36,627 nt of DNA from Candidatus Woesearchaeota archaeon (GCA_964598515.1 CAZRBZ010000001.1:1-36627); one strand, 5' to 3'. Numbered from the stretch's first letter, positions 1-10,558 are shown. The notes: generated by a model not told the origin, from the letters alone. Made by a program: numbers and translations.

Positions 1-15
1 TGATTGGGAGGGTCC

Positions 16-831
16 ATGGTAAATTCTAAACTAACACTCTTAACCCTTGCAATGATTTTCTTAGTTCCACTTATTTCAGCAGAAATAACTTTAAATGTAA
101 ATGTTCAAGATGGTTTTTCTTTAAATGAACAAATGTTTTTTTCATATACTTTAAATTCTGATATAAATACTTCAATTATTTTTATGCCTCATATTATGTG
201 TCCCAATGCTCCTATTGGTTTTTTACAAGAACAAACAATTGAATTACAAGCGAACACTCCCTGCACAGAAATTTATCAAGATCAACTTGTTCAAGATTGG
301 TTTGAACCTCAAACATGTACAGCTTATGTTCAAATTTTATCTCCAATACAAAAAACAGTTTCTAAGAATTTTTCCATTGTCACTAGTTCCTCTTTTGACT
401 TCAACTTAATCTTCTCTAAAAAAGTTTTTCTTCAAAGTGAAGAAATTTATTTAGATTATGAATCTTCAGTTGAAGAAGTTATAATCGAGGCAATTTTAAC
501 ATATCCCGATAAGTCAACTGAGCAAATTGATTTACCAATTTCAATTAAAGCGTCTCAAGTTGGAACATATGAATTGGAGATTACTGCTTCTAAAGAAGGA
601 TATAAAGATGTCCTAGTGAAAGAACAGTTTGCAGTTATTAAGGAAGATGCTAAGATTGAGCAGGTAAATTTTTCTGAGGAAGAGAAAAAAATTAGTTTTG
701 AAGAAAAATTTGATAAAAAGGTATTTGATAAAAAGATTAATGAAAATTTGTTTTATCAAATTTTGATAGGATTTTTGGTTTTGATTATTTTGTTAGTTAT
801 CAGAAGGATTTTGATTAGGAAGAGAAAATAA
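16..831 (+). CDS. putative secreted surface protein with C-terminal membrane anchor (hypothetical)
   Basis: ORF 4..831. ATG at 16 is preceded by GGGAGG (6-11). N-terminal signal-like segment LTLLTLAMIFLVPLISA. C-terminal TM LFYQILIGFLVLIILLVI followed by the basic tail RRILIRKRK. Confidence 0.6.
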   Translation: MVNSKLTLLTLAMIFLVPLISAEITLNVNVQDGFSLNEQMFFSYTLNSDINTSIIFMPHIMCPNAPIGFLQEQTIELQANTPCTEIYQDQLVQDWFEPQTCTAYVQILSPIQKTVSKNFSIVTSSSFDFNLIFSKKVFLQSEEIYLDYESSVEEVIIEAILTYPDKSTEQIDLPISIKASQVGTYELEITASKEGYKDVLVKEQFAVIKEDAKIEQVNFSEEEKKISFEEKFDKKVFDKKINENLFYQILIGFLVLIILLVIRRILIRKRK

Positions 832-875
832 AAGAGTAGGAAATAATTTATATAGTTTAATTCTTTTCTTGTATT

Positions 876-1094
876 ATGAGCAATAATAGAATTAAACGAA
901 GTAGGAATAATGTTCTCTTTTTTTTATTGTATTTTGTTGTTGCAATTTATTTTTTAAATTTTAAATTTCCTTTGTTAACTGTGCCGGAATTTATTTTGAA
1001 AATTAGTGATTGGATTGTTGTTTTTGGAGGATTTTTACTTTTATTTTCTGGATTAAATTTTTTATTACCTAAGAAGAAAAAGATTATATATTAA
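876..1094 (+). CDS. small two-TM membrane protein (hypothetical)
   Basis: 72-aa ORF with two hydrophobic segments (VLFFLLYFVVAIYFL and IVVFGGFLLLFSGLNFLL). Same strand as its neighbours. No recognisable family. Confidence 0.4.
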   Translation: MSNNRIKRSRNNVLFFLLYFVVAIYFLNFKFPLLTVPEFILKISDWIVVFGGFLLLFSGLNFLLPKKKKIIY

Positions 1095-1219
1095 TTATTT
1101 TGTTGAAAATTTTTCCGTCCCTATCTCCAACCAACAGTTGAATATTTGAATTCTCCTATTAGTCAATTAATCAAAAATTAATTATTATCTTTGCTAGGGT
1201 TTTTTCAACAAATACCTTT

Positions 1220-1241
1220 CTAAACAAATCTTTATATATAT
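1220..1241 (+). promoter_or_regulatory. BRE-like CTAAAC + TATA box (TTTATATATAT) for the 1260 gene, leaderless spacing
   Basis: ctaaacaaatctttatatatat. The TATA centre is about 24 nt upstream of the ATG at 1260, matching the spacing at other promoters in this window. Confidence 0.45.
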
Positions 1242-1259
1242 GTTTTTCATTTTTTATTT

Positions 1260-3086
1260 ATGTTTAAGAGTAAAAAGGGACAGGTGACAATCTTTATAAT
1301 TTTGGCTATAATTGTTGTTGTGGCAGGAGTTAGTATTTACTTATTTAGGGATACAATTATTACTAATAAAATACCTGTAAGTATTGAGCCTGTGCAAATT
1401 AATTTTTTAAATTGTATTGAAAGGGGAACTTTGACAGGGATTTCTATTTTAGAATCTAAGGGAGGATATATTGAGAATCCAGATTTTGTTCCTGGTTCTG
1501 TTTATATGCCTTTTTCTTCCGAATTAAATTTTGTGGGAACTCAAATCCCATATTGGCATTATATCAGTGGAAATAATATTGAAATGGAACAAATCCCAAG
1601 TATCGATGAGATGAATAAACAATTAGAATCTTATTTGGAGAATAAATTAATGAATTGTAATTTTGAAATATATGAAAATCAGGGTTATGAAATTGAGGCA
1701 GATGTTCCAAAGGTTGATGTTAAAATAAAAAATAATAATGTTCAAATTGATGTAGACATGGATTTATCTGTTAGTTTTGAAAATGAGATTTTTTTAATGA
1801 AAGATTTTTCTGTTGAAATTGATTCTTTGTTGGGGAATTTATATGGGGATGCAAAAAAAGTTTATGAATTGGAACAAGAAAATTTATTTTTAGAGAACTA
1901 TTCTATTGATGTTTTGTATTTGTATGCTCCTGTTGATGGTGTCGAATTAAGTTGTTCTCCTTTATTTTGGAATGTTGATGAATTTTATAATAATTTTTCG
2001 GAAGCTCTTGTTGCAAATATTTATTCATTAAAAAATAAGGGAAGAGAGGATGATTATTTTGCACTTAATCTTCCTGTTGATTCGGAATTAAGTTTTGTGA
2101 CTTCAACTGAATGGCCTAAAACATTTGAGATTACTAATGCGGATAATAATATTCTTGTTGCTAAACCCGTAGGTAACCAAGAAGGATTGGGAATTTTAGG
2201 ATTTTGTTATGTTCCGTATCATTTTGTTTATAATGTGCGGTATCCGATTTTAGTACAAGTGACTTCTTTTGGAGAAACTTTTCAATTTCCAATGGCAGTA
2301 ATTATAGATAGAAATATGCCGAGAAAAGGAAAAGAGGGTTCATCTTCTGTTGGAGAAGTTTCAGACATTTGTGAATATAAAAATAATAATTTATTGATTA
2401 ATTTGTATGATTCTGATTTAAATCCTGTTGAGGGGGAAATTTCTTATGAGTGTTTTGGAGCTAACTGTCATATTGGGTTTACGGAAAATGGTCAATTAAA
2501 TGGATTTTTTCCTCAGTGTGTTAATGGAAATGTTAAAATTTCAAGTGAAGGATTTAAAGATAGTTATGTGAATACAGGAATCAATGAGGAAGAGGTCGTT
2601 GTTATTCTAGATAAAGAATATGAATTGGAAGTTGAACTTTACACAGATAACAAATTATATTCTGGAAAAGCTATTGTAAATTTCATTGGTGAGGATTCTT
2701 CTTTTTCTTTGGTCTATCCAGAACAAAAAGAAGTTATTTTAAGTGAAGGTAAATATGATCTTGAAACTTATTTTTATAAAGATTCTTCTTTGAAGTTTGA
2801 GGAGACAACTACAGAATATTGTACTGACATTCCTAGTTCTGGAATTAAGGGATTTTTTGGATTTGAAGAGGAAAAATGTTTTGAAACAGTAATTCCTGAA
2901 CAAGAAATTGATAATGTTTTAGTTGGCGGGGGAAAATCTGATTATTATTTTATAGAACAAGAATTAAAAAATTCAAATAAGTTGATATTAAGAGGGAAAG
3001 AATTAAATGTTCCTAACTCTCTTGAGGAATTAACTCAAAATTATGAATTAATTGAAAGTCAAATATTAGGGGTTGAATTTAGATGA
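1260..3086 (+). CDS. large extracellular protein with type IV pilin-like (class III) signal peptide
   Basis: The N-terminus MFKSKKGQVTIFIILAIIVVVAGVSIYLF has a basic stretch, a KGQ motif, then an uninterrupted hydrophobic helix, as in archaeal prepilin signals. The stop overlaps the start of the giant gene (ATGA at 3083-3086). Confidence 0.75.
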   Translation: MFKSKKGQVTIFIILAIIVVVAGVSIYLFRDTIITNKIPVSIEPVQINFLNCIERGTLTGISILESKGGYIENPDFVPGSVYMPFSSELNFVGTQIPYWHYISGNNIEMEQIPSIDEMNKQLESYLENKLMNCNFEIYENQGYEIEADVPKVDVKIKNNNVQIDVDMDLSVSFENEIFLMKDFSVEIDSLLGNLYGDAKKVYELEQENLFLENYSIDVLYLYAPVDGVELSCSPLFWNVDEFYNNFSEALVANIYSLKNKGREDDYFALNLPVDSELSFVTSTEWPKTFEITNADNNILVAKPVGNQEGLGILGFCYVPYHFVYNVRYPILVQVTSFGETFQFPMAVIIDRNMPRKGKEGSSSVGEVSDICEYKNNNLLINLYDSDLNPVEGEISYECFGANCHIGFTENGQLNGFFPQCVNGNVKISSEGFKDSYVNTGINEEEVVVILDKEYELEVELYTDNKLYSGKAIVNFIGEDSSFSLVYPEQKEVILSEGKYDLETYFYKDSSLKFEETTTEYCTDIPSSGIKGFFGFEEEKCFETVIPEQEIDNVLVGGGKSDYYFIEQELKNSNKLILRGKELNVPNSLEELTQNYELIESQILGVEFR

Positions 3087-6000
3087 AAGCAAATAAATTA
3101 ATTTTAGGATTGGTTTTATTAGTTGGAGTTTTAGTATTTGCTTCTGCTGCTTATACGCATTCTACTTTCCAAGCAACTTCTAGTGGAACTAGGAGTGCTT
3201 TCGAAAAGGATATGGCGGATATTAGTTTTGATTCTTCTATGTGTCAAGAAGGTCAAGATTTTATTGTTCAAATTGCGCCTTTCGGTTGTGAACCCGCTGT
3301 TGTTAGAAGTGATTTATTGGAGGAACAAGATGTTCCTGTGTTTTGTAAATTGCAAGCTGTTAAAATAAATCCTTTTATTGATATAACTGCTATTAATTCT
3401 ATTGATATTAATATTCGAGGAGCATATCCTGAAGGAGTTAAAAGTGTGGGGTTTACTCCAAGTTATGATGCTTTGGGAAAGAATAGAAAATTAAATAATT
3501 TGCAGTGGGATGAAATTGGTTATGCAACAATTGTTTTGAGACAAAATCCTAATGAAAGTTCAATGTCTGATTTTGTAACTGGAAATTTAAGTGCAACATT
3601 TAGATATGATTTGGAAAATGCTTTTGGTCTTAGGAAACATACTTTTTATCTTCCTCTAATGGAGGACAATGAGTTTGATAGGTCTCTTGGGCAATATGCT
3701 TTTTTTAATAAGATGGGTTATCTGAGGGCAGAAGATGTTACAAAAGATTCTGCTTCAATTGCAATTTATTCTGGAAGATATGAATCTCCTTTTGGTAAGA
3801 GTAGGGAAGGAGAAATAAATAGACAAAGAATTGGAATGTATAATTTACAGGTTGGACAACAAACAAATAAAATTTATTTACCTGGTTTTGATTGTTTTTC
3901 TGCTGTTCAGTTTAGATTAGAAAATATTGAATTTCAAGATACTAGAGTTCGATTTAATATCAATTCGCAAATTTTTGAAGTTAAAGAAGATGAAAATTTT
4001 CTGGAGGGTAAATGCCGTGTTACAGATATTGAAAAAACTGGTTTGAATCAAATTGTTAAAGTGTCTTGTCAAGAAGATGAAGGGAGAGATACTTTTGATT
4101 TGAGAATTAGTCCAAAAATTAAATTGGAAATTAATGGTGTTGAAGGAGAATATGCAGTTGGAGATTATTTGTTTGAAACAGATGAAAGCAAACATGCTTA
4201 TTTAGGTTTTGTTGGAAGCCAGAGTTATGAAGCTAAAGATTTAGTTGCTTATGTGGTTATTGCGGATGCAAAAATGGCCAAATTGGGAGAGAGTGAAATT
4301 TTGGCTGCAGGAAAGTTGGGAGAAGCAAATCCCAATGAAAAGAATTTACTTGAAGAGGCTAAAAAAATTACAAGAATTTCTATTAAATTTTATAAATGGC
4401 TTATGGATGGTAAACATTTTCAAAGATTAAATTATTCTGAGAGTAAAATTATTGGTGGAACAAAGGTTGAAATAATTGGTTTTGGTTCTGAAAGTGATTA
4501 TCCTGTTACTTCTAAGATTGAAGAGTATTATGGTAAGGCTTTGGACGATTATGATTATATTTTTTCTAATTATCAGGGAGAAATTTATCCAGAAGATCAA
4601 AAAATTAGTTTAGGTGAAAAATCAGCTTATGCTAAAATGCTTTTGGCAAGGGATACTTCGCAGAAAAAAGATTTGAAGTTTTTTTGTGATGAGTTTGAAA
4701 GTAGTTATCCTGATTCTGAATTAGAAAGAGATTTTTGTGAGAATTTAATTTTATTAAGTAATCAGGGCGTTTCTACTAAAGATTTGATGATTGAGGGAGA
4801 TATTAAAAGAATTTCTTTTGAGGGGGTTTATCAACCAAGTATTGAAGATTATGGTATTGTATTGTATGTCCGAGAGAAGGGGGGAAATGTAGAATCTCAT
4901 GAACTTAGAAAGGAACAGATTCTATATCTTGATGAAAGTGGACAAAATTATGTACAGTTAGTTTCAATTACTGATGAGAATACAGTTGTTTTGAATTTTA
5001 ATATTGAAGGGAAAACAACACTTGCTAGAGCACAAGATATTTTAATTTCAGGGAATCGGGGTTTGAAAAAAGAAATTTCTAAAACTTTTGGAAATTATAC
5101 TTTTACGATTCATGATATTTATTTTGAGAGAGTTGCGAAAGTTTCTGTTGAACCAAGTATAAATTATGCTGGAAGTGAGATTGATTTTAATTTTGCAGTT
5201 GGAATTGAAAAAAGATTAATTCAACTTTCTCCTGAAATGACTGAAAATGCAATTGATAAACTTGATGATACTATTGAAACTTGGGAAAGTATTTCTTCTA
5301 CTTTGGGAGATACAGTTGATGTGCTTGAAAAAACTTGTTTGGCTGTTGGAGGGTTTTTGACTTTGAAGAATTTGTTATTTAATTCTGGAGGAGAATCTAT
5401 TGCAAGACAGGAAGTTATGAGTGGAAATGGGGGGTGGTATGAAAGATGTGCAGATATGGTTGCTGTGGGAGATTATAGGTCTGAAGGAGAGTGTTTGCAA
5501 GATAAGGCAGGTAATATTGATGATGAAGTTAATTTGTTGGCGGAGATGTTGAAAAGCCAGAATGAAGAGATAAAAAATATTCAAGAAGATGAAGAAGTTA
5601 GTCAGAGTCAAGGACTTTTTGGAACTAATGTTGTGAATACAACAAAATTAGTTGAAAAGTATTTACCTAAGGTTAAAGCTTCATTGAGGAAGAGAGGAGA
5701 ATTTATTGAGGATCCTACTGGAAAAGAAAAGGGGATTAGTGTTTCTTCTTTGGAAATTATTTTGACACCTGAGTATTGGAATAAGAATTTATTTAGTTTT
5801 GATTTATTGAAAAAGATTGAGTTGTATGCAAATATATTAAATAAAGGGGGGATGGATGTTTCTCAAACAAAAAGCTATAAATCTAAATTATTTATTGTCG
5901 TTAAACAATTAGATATAAATTCTAAAAATTCTTTGGATGTTAATAATTGGGCAAGTAGCGTTGGAATAACTTCTGATTATATTGATTTTATTAAGATTGG

Positions 6001-9000
6001 AGATAATGTTCAAGAATTGCCTTATGATGATTTGGTTTTTGAAGATTTGAAATTTTCAGAGGTTAAAGAATATGATGTGAATAAACTCTCTTCGCATGTT
6101 TATGTTTTGAATCAACTTTCTCAATTAAGTGGAAGATATTCTGATATGGACGTTAAGGGATTTATTGATGATTTGTACAATAATAGTTTTTTGAGTGATG
6201 CACAATATGATGATTTTAAGGGTGAAATAGGAACATCTCATGAAGTTAGTGAGTTGAATGTTATGTTACCGATTGTAAAAAATACTCCTGTTAAACTTTT
6301 ACAGGGTTCTGATGGAAGGAAATATATTTTAATTTTAGAGAAGTCTAAAACGGATAAGTTGAATATTTTGGTAGATGGGAATTATAAACCTTTTATTTAT
6401 AATAGAGATGGAAATAGATTGTCTATAAAAAATATTTCAAAGGATGTGAGAAATATATTTTGTAAGAAATATGATTCTAGCAGTTATAAGAATTCATATA
6501 AAAATCCAGAAATTAAGTATTATGAAACTGATCCTTACAAAGGTCTTCCTTCGGTTGTTCCTTTTGATACTAAAGACGGTTGGTATGCTTATGTTGAACA
6601 AAATATTGATTTTATGGGAGAAGTGAGATCTTATGATAAATCTGCGAGAGTAAATAGTTTTTGGTTATGTAATGTAGGAAATAATGGATTAGAAGAATTT
6701 AGTAAGGGAAATACTGGAGATGATATTTGTCAATTAATTAATTTAGGAACAGGTCAACCTTATAATCAATTTTCTGGATTGAAAACAAATGAGGCTGCAA
6801 GATTAATTAATCAGGCAGTTAATGCAATTGAGCAGGCTTCTAGAGCGTATAAGGATGGAGTTAAGGTTGTTGAAATAAATAATCAGCGAATTGAAGTTGG
6901 CAGTCCTGCAATAAGTAGTGCTTTAACTAAATGTGAAGATTATATGTCTCCTAAAGATTGTAATTTATTGTTCAATGTTTGTGATCCAGTTATTTGTCCT
7001 TCGAGTAGATGTGATTTTGGTGGACAGTATCCAGTTCAAGATGTTATTCAATCTGGAATTATTGGAAGTTTACTTTTATGTTTACCTAATTATCATGAGG
7101 ATATTTACATGCCAGTTTGTTTGACTGGAGTTAAATCTGGATTGGATAGTTATTTGTCTGTTATGAAATCTTATCAAAGTTGTTTACAAGAAAGTTTGGA
7201 TACTGGGAGTACTGTTGGTATTTGTGATCAAATTAATAGTATTTATATTTGTGAATTTTTCTGGAGGCAGGCTTTACCTTTAGCTGAATTAACTTTGCCT
7301 AAAATTGTGGGAGCAATCACTGGTGAAAATACTCGTGGAGGAGGAGAATATTCTAGTTTGACTACTGCATGGGACAATGCTAAAAATTCAGTTAACTTCT
7401 TTACTGAATTTTATGCAATTAATTCTTTTAATGCATTTAAGGCAAGAAGCCAGGAAGAGATTGGTAGTGAGGTTTGTCGAAGTTTTATTTCATTTAATTA
7501 TCCTGAAGGTCAAGGGATTTTAGATAGTTTAACTATTGCAAATAGTCCCCCTCAATACAGTGGTAATTTTGAAGCCATACCTTTTACCACTACAATTGTT
7601 CCACCTGTATCACAATATAAGGTGTTTTATCATATTTATGCTGGGGAAGATCAGGGGGCTTATTATAAGGTTTATTTAAGGGGTGGAAGTGGAAGTTCAT
7701 ATTATCAAGATACTTCTTCAGGAAGAATGGTTGCTTCTGGATATATTCCTGTTGGAGAGTATGCAACTGGAACAGAAGACTTTATTGCTCCTGAAGGTTA
7801 TAAAGAATTGTGTATAGCTGTTAATAATGAAGAAGAGTGTGGATTTAAAGAAGTGTCTACTAGTTTTGCTTTTGATTATGTTCGGGACCAATCTAGGCAG
7901 TCTCAAATAGAAAATACAAATATTAAATCGCAAGATGAATGTATTTCTGGGAGTGCCAATATTTATGGTTTGTTGAATTTAAATGTTCAAGAGGGAATTG
8001 CGAACACTGTTGACCCTGAAATTTATAATCAAGGTATTGTGAGAATTTGTGCGACGGATAATCCTGGTAGTTCTGATCCTTATTTAGGTAGTGAAGATCA
8101 GAGATGGATAGATGTTGGTTATTGTGGTGATTCAAATATTAGGTGTTGGATTGATCAGGAAAGTATTGACCGAGCTTTGGAATTTCAAACTTCTGTAAAT
8201 GAATCTTTAGAAGAATTGAGTGAAAAATTTAAAGAAAATTTAGAAAATGATAAGGGTTATTTGAATCCTGAGCAATTTGCTGAAAAGATTGACAACATTA
8301 CTAAAGAGAAAAATCGAGATAAAAGATTTGATATGATTAAAGAATTGTTTGATAAAGTTTATTTGAATAATCATAAAGCTTATTTATATTATTTACGGGC
8401 AGGGATTTATGAAGAAATTGTTCATGAGTTGTTTGCTAAATTGGATACTGGGGAGAAAAAAGGAATCAGAGAAGGTAGGCCTACATATGAAAATGAATAT
8501 AAGACTGTGCTAGATATTGTAACTGCTGAAGGTTTTGAATCGGGAGAGTTTGAATTTCATGATGCAAGGGCAGCTTTAAGGATGACATCAAATCAACCAA
8601 ATGTTTGTTATAAATTTATAAATAATGGGTGGGATTATGGTTGGTATTGGACTTTGGAATGTAATAAAATTGGAAGTTATAGTTCTTATGCAGAAAAAAA
8701 TATTGATTGGATAAGTGTAAATGAACCACTTGTTAATCCTTATTCTAGAAATACATTAACCAAAACTAGTAAAGAATTTATACCCAAGTTGAAGAAAAAA
8801 AATTATTTGGAGGGAATAGATTTGTTAATGAAAAGAGCAAAATTGAATAAGGAGGGGGGAATTGTAAATTCTCTTGGGCTTGCTAAAACATTTATTACAA
8901 TTGGAGACCTTATCTTTGATCATAGGGGACGTTTTTCGGAGGGAAGTGAATCACAACCGAGACTTCAATTATATTTTCAATATAGAGGGGAAAAATGGAA

Positions 9001-10558
9001 TTATTATCTTGGGCCATATGGAGCTTCTGAGGATTCAGATTGGATGGATCTTGATGTTTTTCCTGAAGATATGGAGTTATCTCAGAATGAAACTTTATTT
9101 TTAAAAATTATGGGAGATTTGAATTTTCTTGAAGGTGCAGCTGTTTTATTTGGAGATGTTTCATTAAATGAGTTGGGTAGTTTTGTAAAACAGACTCGTA
9201 TTGGGAAATGGACTTATGCATCTGCTTTGGAGGAAATTGAAAAATTTGGTTCTGGAACTTATGAAGATATGGGAGTTAAAGAAATGGTAGATGGATTTTA
9301 TGAGGATGGTTTATTGAGTAAGGAAGATTATATTAATTTTATTGATGAAGAACAGGATATTGGTATTTTTGGGAAACAGGGAGGCTATATTTGGACTGGC
9401 ACAGAGTTTGAAGCTAGAGAAACTTGCCCTATGCCTGAAGAACCTAGTGAAGAAGTTTTAAAATTGGGTAATGCTCGTGAAAGGGTGTTAAAAATAGTTG
9501 ATGAGTTAGTTGGGAAAAAAGCTTATATTGGGGTGAAGGGTTGTTTTAGTGCTGTTGAATATGTTTATGAGAAAGCAGGAGTTACTCATAGTTGTGTTTA
9601 TTCTGATAATGAAGGTAGGAGTTATTCTATTGGGGATGGAATTAGGATAGGTATCGATAAAAAATTGGTTAAAGGAAAATGGGTAATTATTTATCAAATG
9701 GCAACATATCCCACTAGAGATTGTAGTTTGAATAAAAAAGAAGGAGAAAATTTACCTATGTCTGATAAACTTGCTGAAATTCAACCAGGAGATATTTTAA
9801 GTTATGCTTATGATGATGATGATGGACATAATGTTATTTTCATTAAGTGGATTGATTCTGATATTTTGAAAGCAGAGGTTTTTGATTGGAATGGTCCAAG
9901 AGTGAATGGAAAGAAAACTTATCGAATAACTAATGTTTTGTTACAAGATGATGAACATCCGGTTTATATGTATTGGAAACCAATTATTTTGGGACAGGCT
10001 ACTGAAGAGACAGAAGCAGATGAAGTTAAAATTTCTTCCTTAGAGATTGAAGAGGAAGAAGAGATTGTTATTCAAGATACTACTGCTCCCGAGATTGTTG
10101 TACCTGTCGAAATTAATTATGTTGAATATACTTTAGATTCTGCAATTGAAAAAGCTGGAACTTTGAAAGGAGATTATTCTAGTTCTCAAGAGAATCAAGA
10201 TTTTATGGATGCTTTGTTGGCACAAGGAATAATTAATAGAGTTGAATTTTATAAGTATAGTAATAAATGGAAAAGGTATTCCAAAACCCCTCAAATGAGT
10301 GATTTGAGAACATTATTATTACTTATTAAAAAGAATGCAGGATTAGAAAATTCTATTGAAAAGATTCCTACATATGAATTTACTGGAGATGAAAGAGCTG
10401 TTTTTAATGAAGGAGAAGTATGTAGTAATTGTGGTGATGATGAAGATTGGTATACTCTCGGTTTTGGAAATCTTTGTGATGAGGAAGAATGTTTTGTTTT
10501 GGGAATTGCTTTAGGAGAGAATTGTTGGTATGAAAATAAAGAATGTTTAAAAAAATAA
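3083..10558 (+). CDS. giant (2,491 aa) cysteine-rich secreted protein with C-terminal NlpC/P60-like module
   Basis: Uninterrupted 7.5-kb ORF. Signal peptide MKANKLILGLVLLVGVLVFASAAY. Many Cys clusters (e.g. CEDYMSPKDCNLLFNVCDPVICPSSRC). Acidic linker EIEEEEEIV. Cys-rich C-terminal tail. The 4-nt overlap with the upstream gene implies translational coupling. Confidence 0.9.
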   Translation: MKANKLILGLVLLVGVLVFASAAYTHSTFQATSSGTRSAFEKDMADISFDSSMCQEGQDFIVQIAPFGCEPAVVRSDLLEEQDVPVFCKLQAVKINPFIDITAINSIDINIRGAYPEGVKSVGFTPSYDALGKNRKLNNLQWDEIGYATIVLRQNPNESSMSDFVTGNLSATFRYDLENAFGLRKHTFYLPLMEDNEFDRSLGQYAFFNKMGYLRAEDVTKDSASIAIYSGRYESPFGKSREGEINRQRIGMYNLQVGQQTNKIYLPGFDCFSAVQFRLENIEFQDTRVRFNINSQIFEVKEDENFLEGKCRVTDIEKTGLNQIVKVSCQEDEGRDTFDLRISPKIKLEINGVEGEYAVGDYLFETDESKHAYLGFVGSQSYEAKDLVAYVVIADAKMAKLGESEILAAGKLGEANPNEKNLLEEAKKITRISIKFYKWLMDGKHFQRLNYSESKIIGGTKVEIIGFGSESDYPVTSKIEEYYGKALDDYDYIFSNYQGEIYPEDQKISLGEKSAYAKMLLARDTSQKKDLKFFCDEFESSYPDSELERDFCENLILLSNQGVSTKDLMIEGDIKRISFEGVYQPSIEDYGIVLYVREKGGNVESHELRKEQILYLDESGQNYVQLVSITDENTVVLNFNIEGKTTLARAQDILISGNRGLKKEISKTFGNYTFTIHDIYFERVAKVSVEPSINYAGSEIDFNFAVGIEKRLIQLSPEMTENAIDKLDDTIETWESISSTLGDTVDVLEKTCLAVGGFLTLKNLLFNSGGESIARQEVMSGNGGWYERCADMVAVGDYRSEGECLQDKAGNIDDEVNLLAEMLKSQNEEIKNIQEDEEVSQSQGLFGTNVVNTTKLVEKYLPKVKASLRKRGEFIEDPTGKEKGISVSSLEIILTPEYWNKNLFSFDLLKKIELYANILNKGGMDVSQTKSYKSKLFIVVKQLDINSKNSLDVNNWASSVGITSDYIDFIKIGDNVQELPYDDLVFEDLKFSEVKEYDVNKLSSHVYVLNQLSQLSGRYSDMDVKGFIDDLYNNSFLSDAQYDDFKGEIGTSHEVSELNVMLPIVKNTPVKLLQGSDGRKYILILEKSKTDKLNILVDGNYKPFIYNRDGNRLSIKNISKDVRNIFCKKYDSSSYKNSYKNPEIKYYETDPYKGLPSVVPFDTKDGWYAYVEQNIDFMGEVRSYDKSARVNSFWLCNVGNNGLEEFSKGNTGDDICQLINLGTGQPYNQFSGLKTNEAARLINQAVNAIEQASRAYKDGVKVVEINNQRIEVGSPAISSALTKCEDYMSPKDCNLLFNVCDPVICPSSRCDFGGQYPVQDVIQSGIIGSLLLCLPNYHEDIYMPVCLTGVKSGLDSYLSVMKSYQSCLQESLDTGSTVGICDQINSIYICEFFWRQALPLAELTLPKIVGAITGENTRGGGEYSSLTTAWDNAKNSVNFFTEFYAINSFNAFKARSQEEIGSEVCRSFISFNYPEGQGILDSLTIANSPPQYSGNFEAIPFTTTIVPPVSQYKVFYHIYAGEDQGAYYKVYLRGGSGSSYYQDTSSGRMVASGYIPVGEYATGTEDFIAPEGYKELCIAVNNEEECGFKEVSTSFAFDYVRDQSRQSQIENTNIKSQDECISGSANIYGLLNLNVQEGIANTVDPEIYNQGIVRICATDNPGSSDPYLGSEDQRWIDVGYCGDSNIRCWIDQESIDRALEFQTSVNESLEELSEKFKENLENDKGYLNPEQFAEKIDNITKEKNRDKRFDMIKELFDKVYLNNHKAYLYYLRAGIYEEIVHELFAKLDTGEKKGIREGRPTYENEYKTVLDIVTAEGFESGEFEFHDARAALRMTSNQPNVCYKFINNGWDYGWYWTLECNKIGSYSSYAEKNIDWISVNEPLVNPYSRNTLTKTSKEFIPKLKKKNYLEGIDLLMKRAKLNKEGGIVNSLGLAKTFITIGDLIFDHRGRFSEGSESQPRLQLYFQYRGEKWNYYLGPYGASEDSDWMDLDVFPEDMELSQNETLFLKIMGDLNFLEGAAVLFGDVSLNELGSFVKQTRIGKWTYASALEEIEKFGSGTYEDMGVKEMVDGFYEDGLLSKEDYINFIDEEQDIGIFGKQGGYIWTGTEFEARETCPMPEEPSEEVLKLGNARERVLKIVDELVGKKAYIGVKGCFSAVEYVYEKAGVTHSCVYSDNEGRSYSIGDGIRIGIDKKLVKGKWVIIYQMATYPTRDCSLNKKEGENLPMSDKLAEIQPGDILSYAYDDDDGHNVIFIKWIDSDILKAEVFDWNGPRVNGKKTYRITNVLLQDDEHPVYMYWKPIILGQATEETEADEVKISSLEIEEEEEIVIQDTTAPEIVVPVEINYVEYTLDSAIEKAGTLKGDYSSSQENQDFMDALLAQGIINRVEFYKYSNKWKRYSKTPQMSDLRTLLLLIKKNAGLENSIEKIPTYEFTGDERAVFNEGEVCSNCGDDEDWYTLGFGNLCDEEECFVLGIALGENCWYENKECLKK
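9500..9960 (+). other. NlpC/P60- or CHAP-like papain-fold hydrolase module inside the giant protein
   Basis: The pattern GVKGCFSAVEYVYEKAGV ... EIQPGDILSYAYDDDDGHNVIFIKW matches the NlpC/P60 layout (G-x-C-S/F-G nucleophile helix, then PGD-hydrophobic ... H-V/I-hydrophobic). Cys codon at 9542-9544, His codon at 9827-9829. Confidence 0.5.

Noticed and set aside
3138-9697. Short ORFs from the track inside or antisense to the giant gene (3138..3368, 3917..4195, 4245..4430, 5375..5611, 6933..7124, 7718..7933, 7923..8135, 8874..9104, 9506..9697)
   Set aside because: All are fully contained in the 7.5-kb reading frame. Their F/I/L/N/K-rich low-complexity translations are typical of off-frame or antisense reading of AT-rich coding DNA. 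They have no promoter or motif support.
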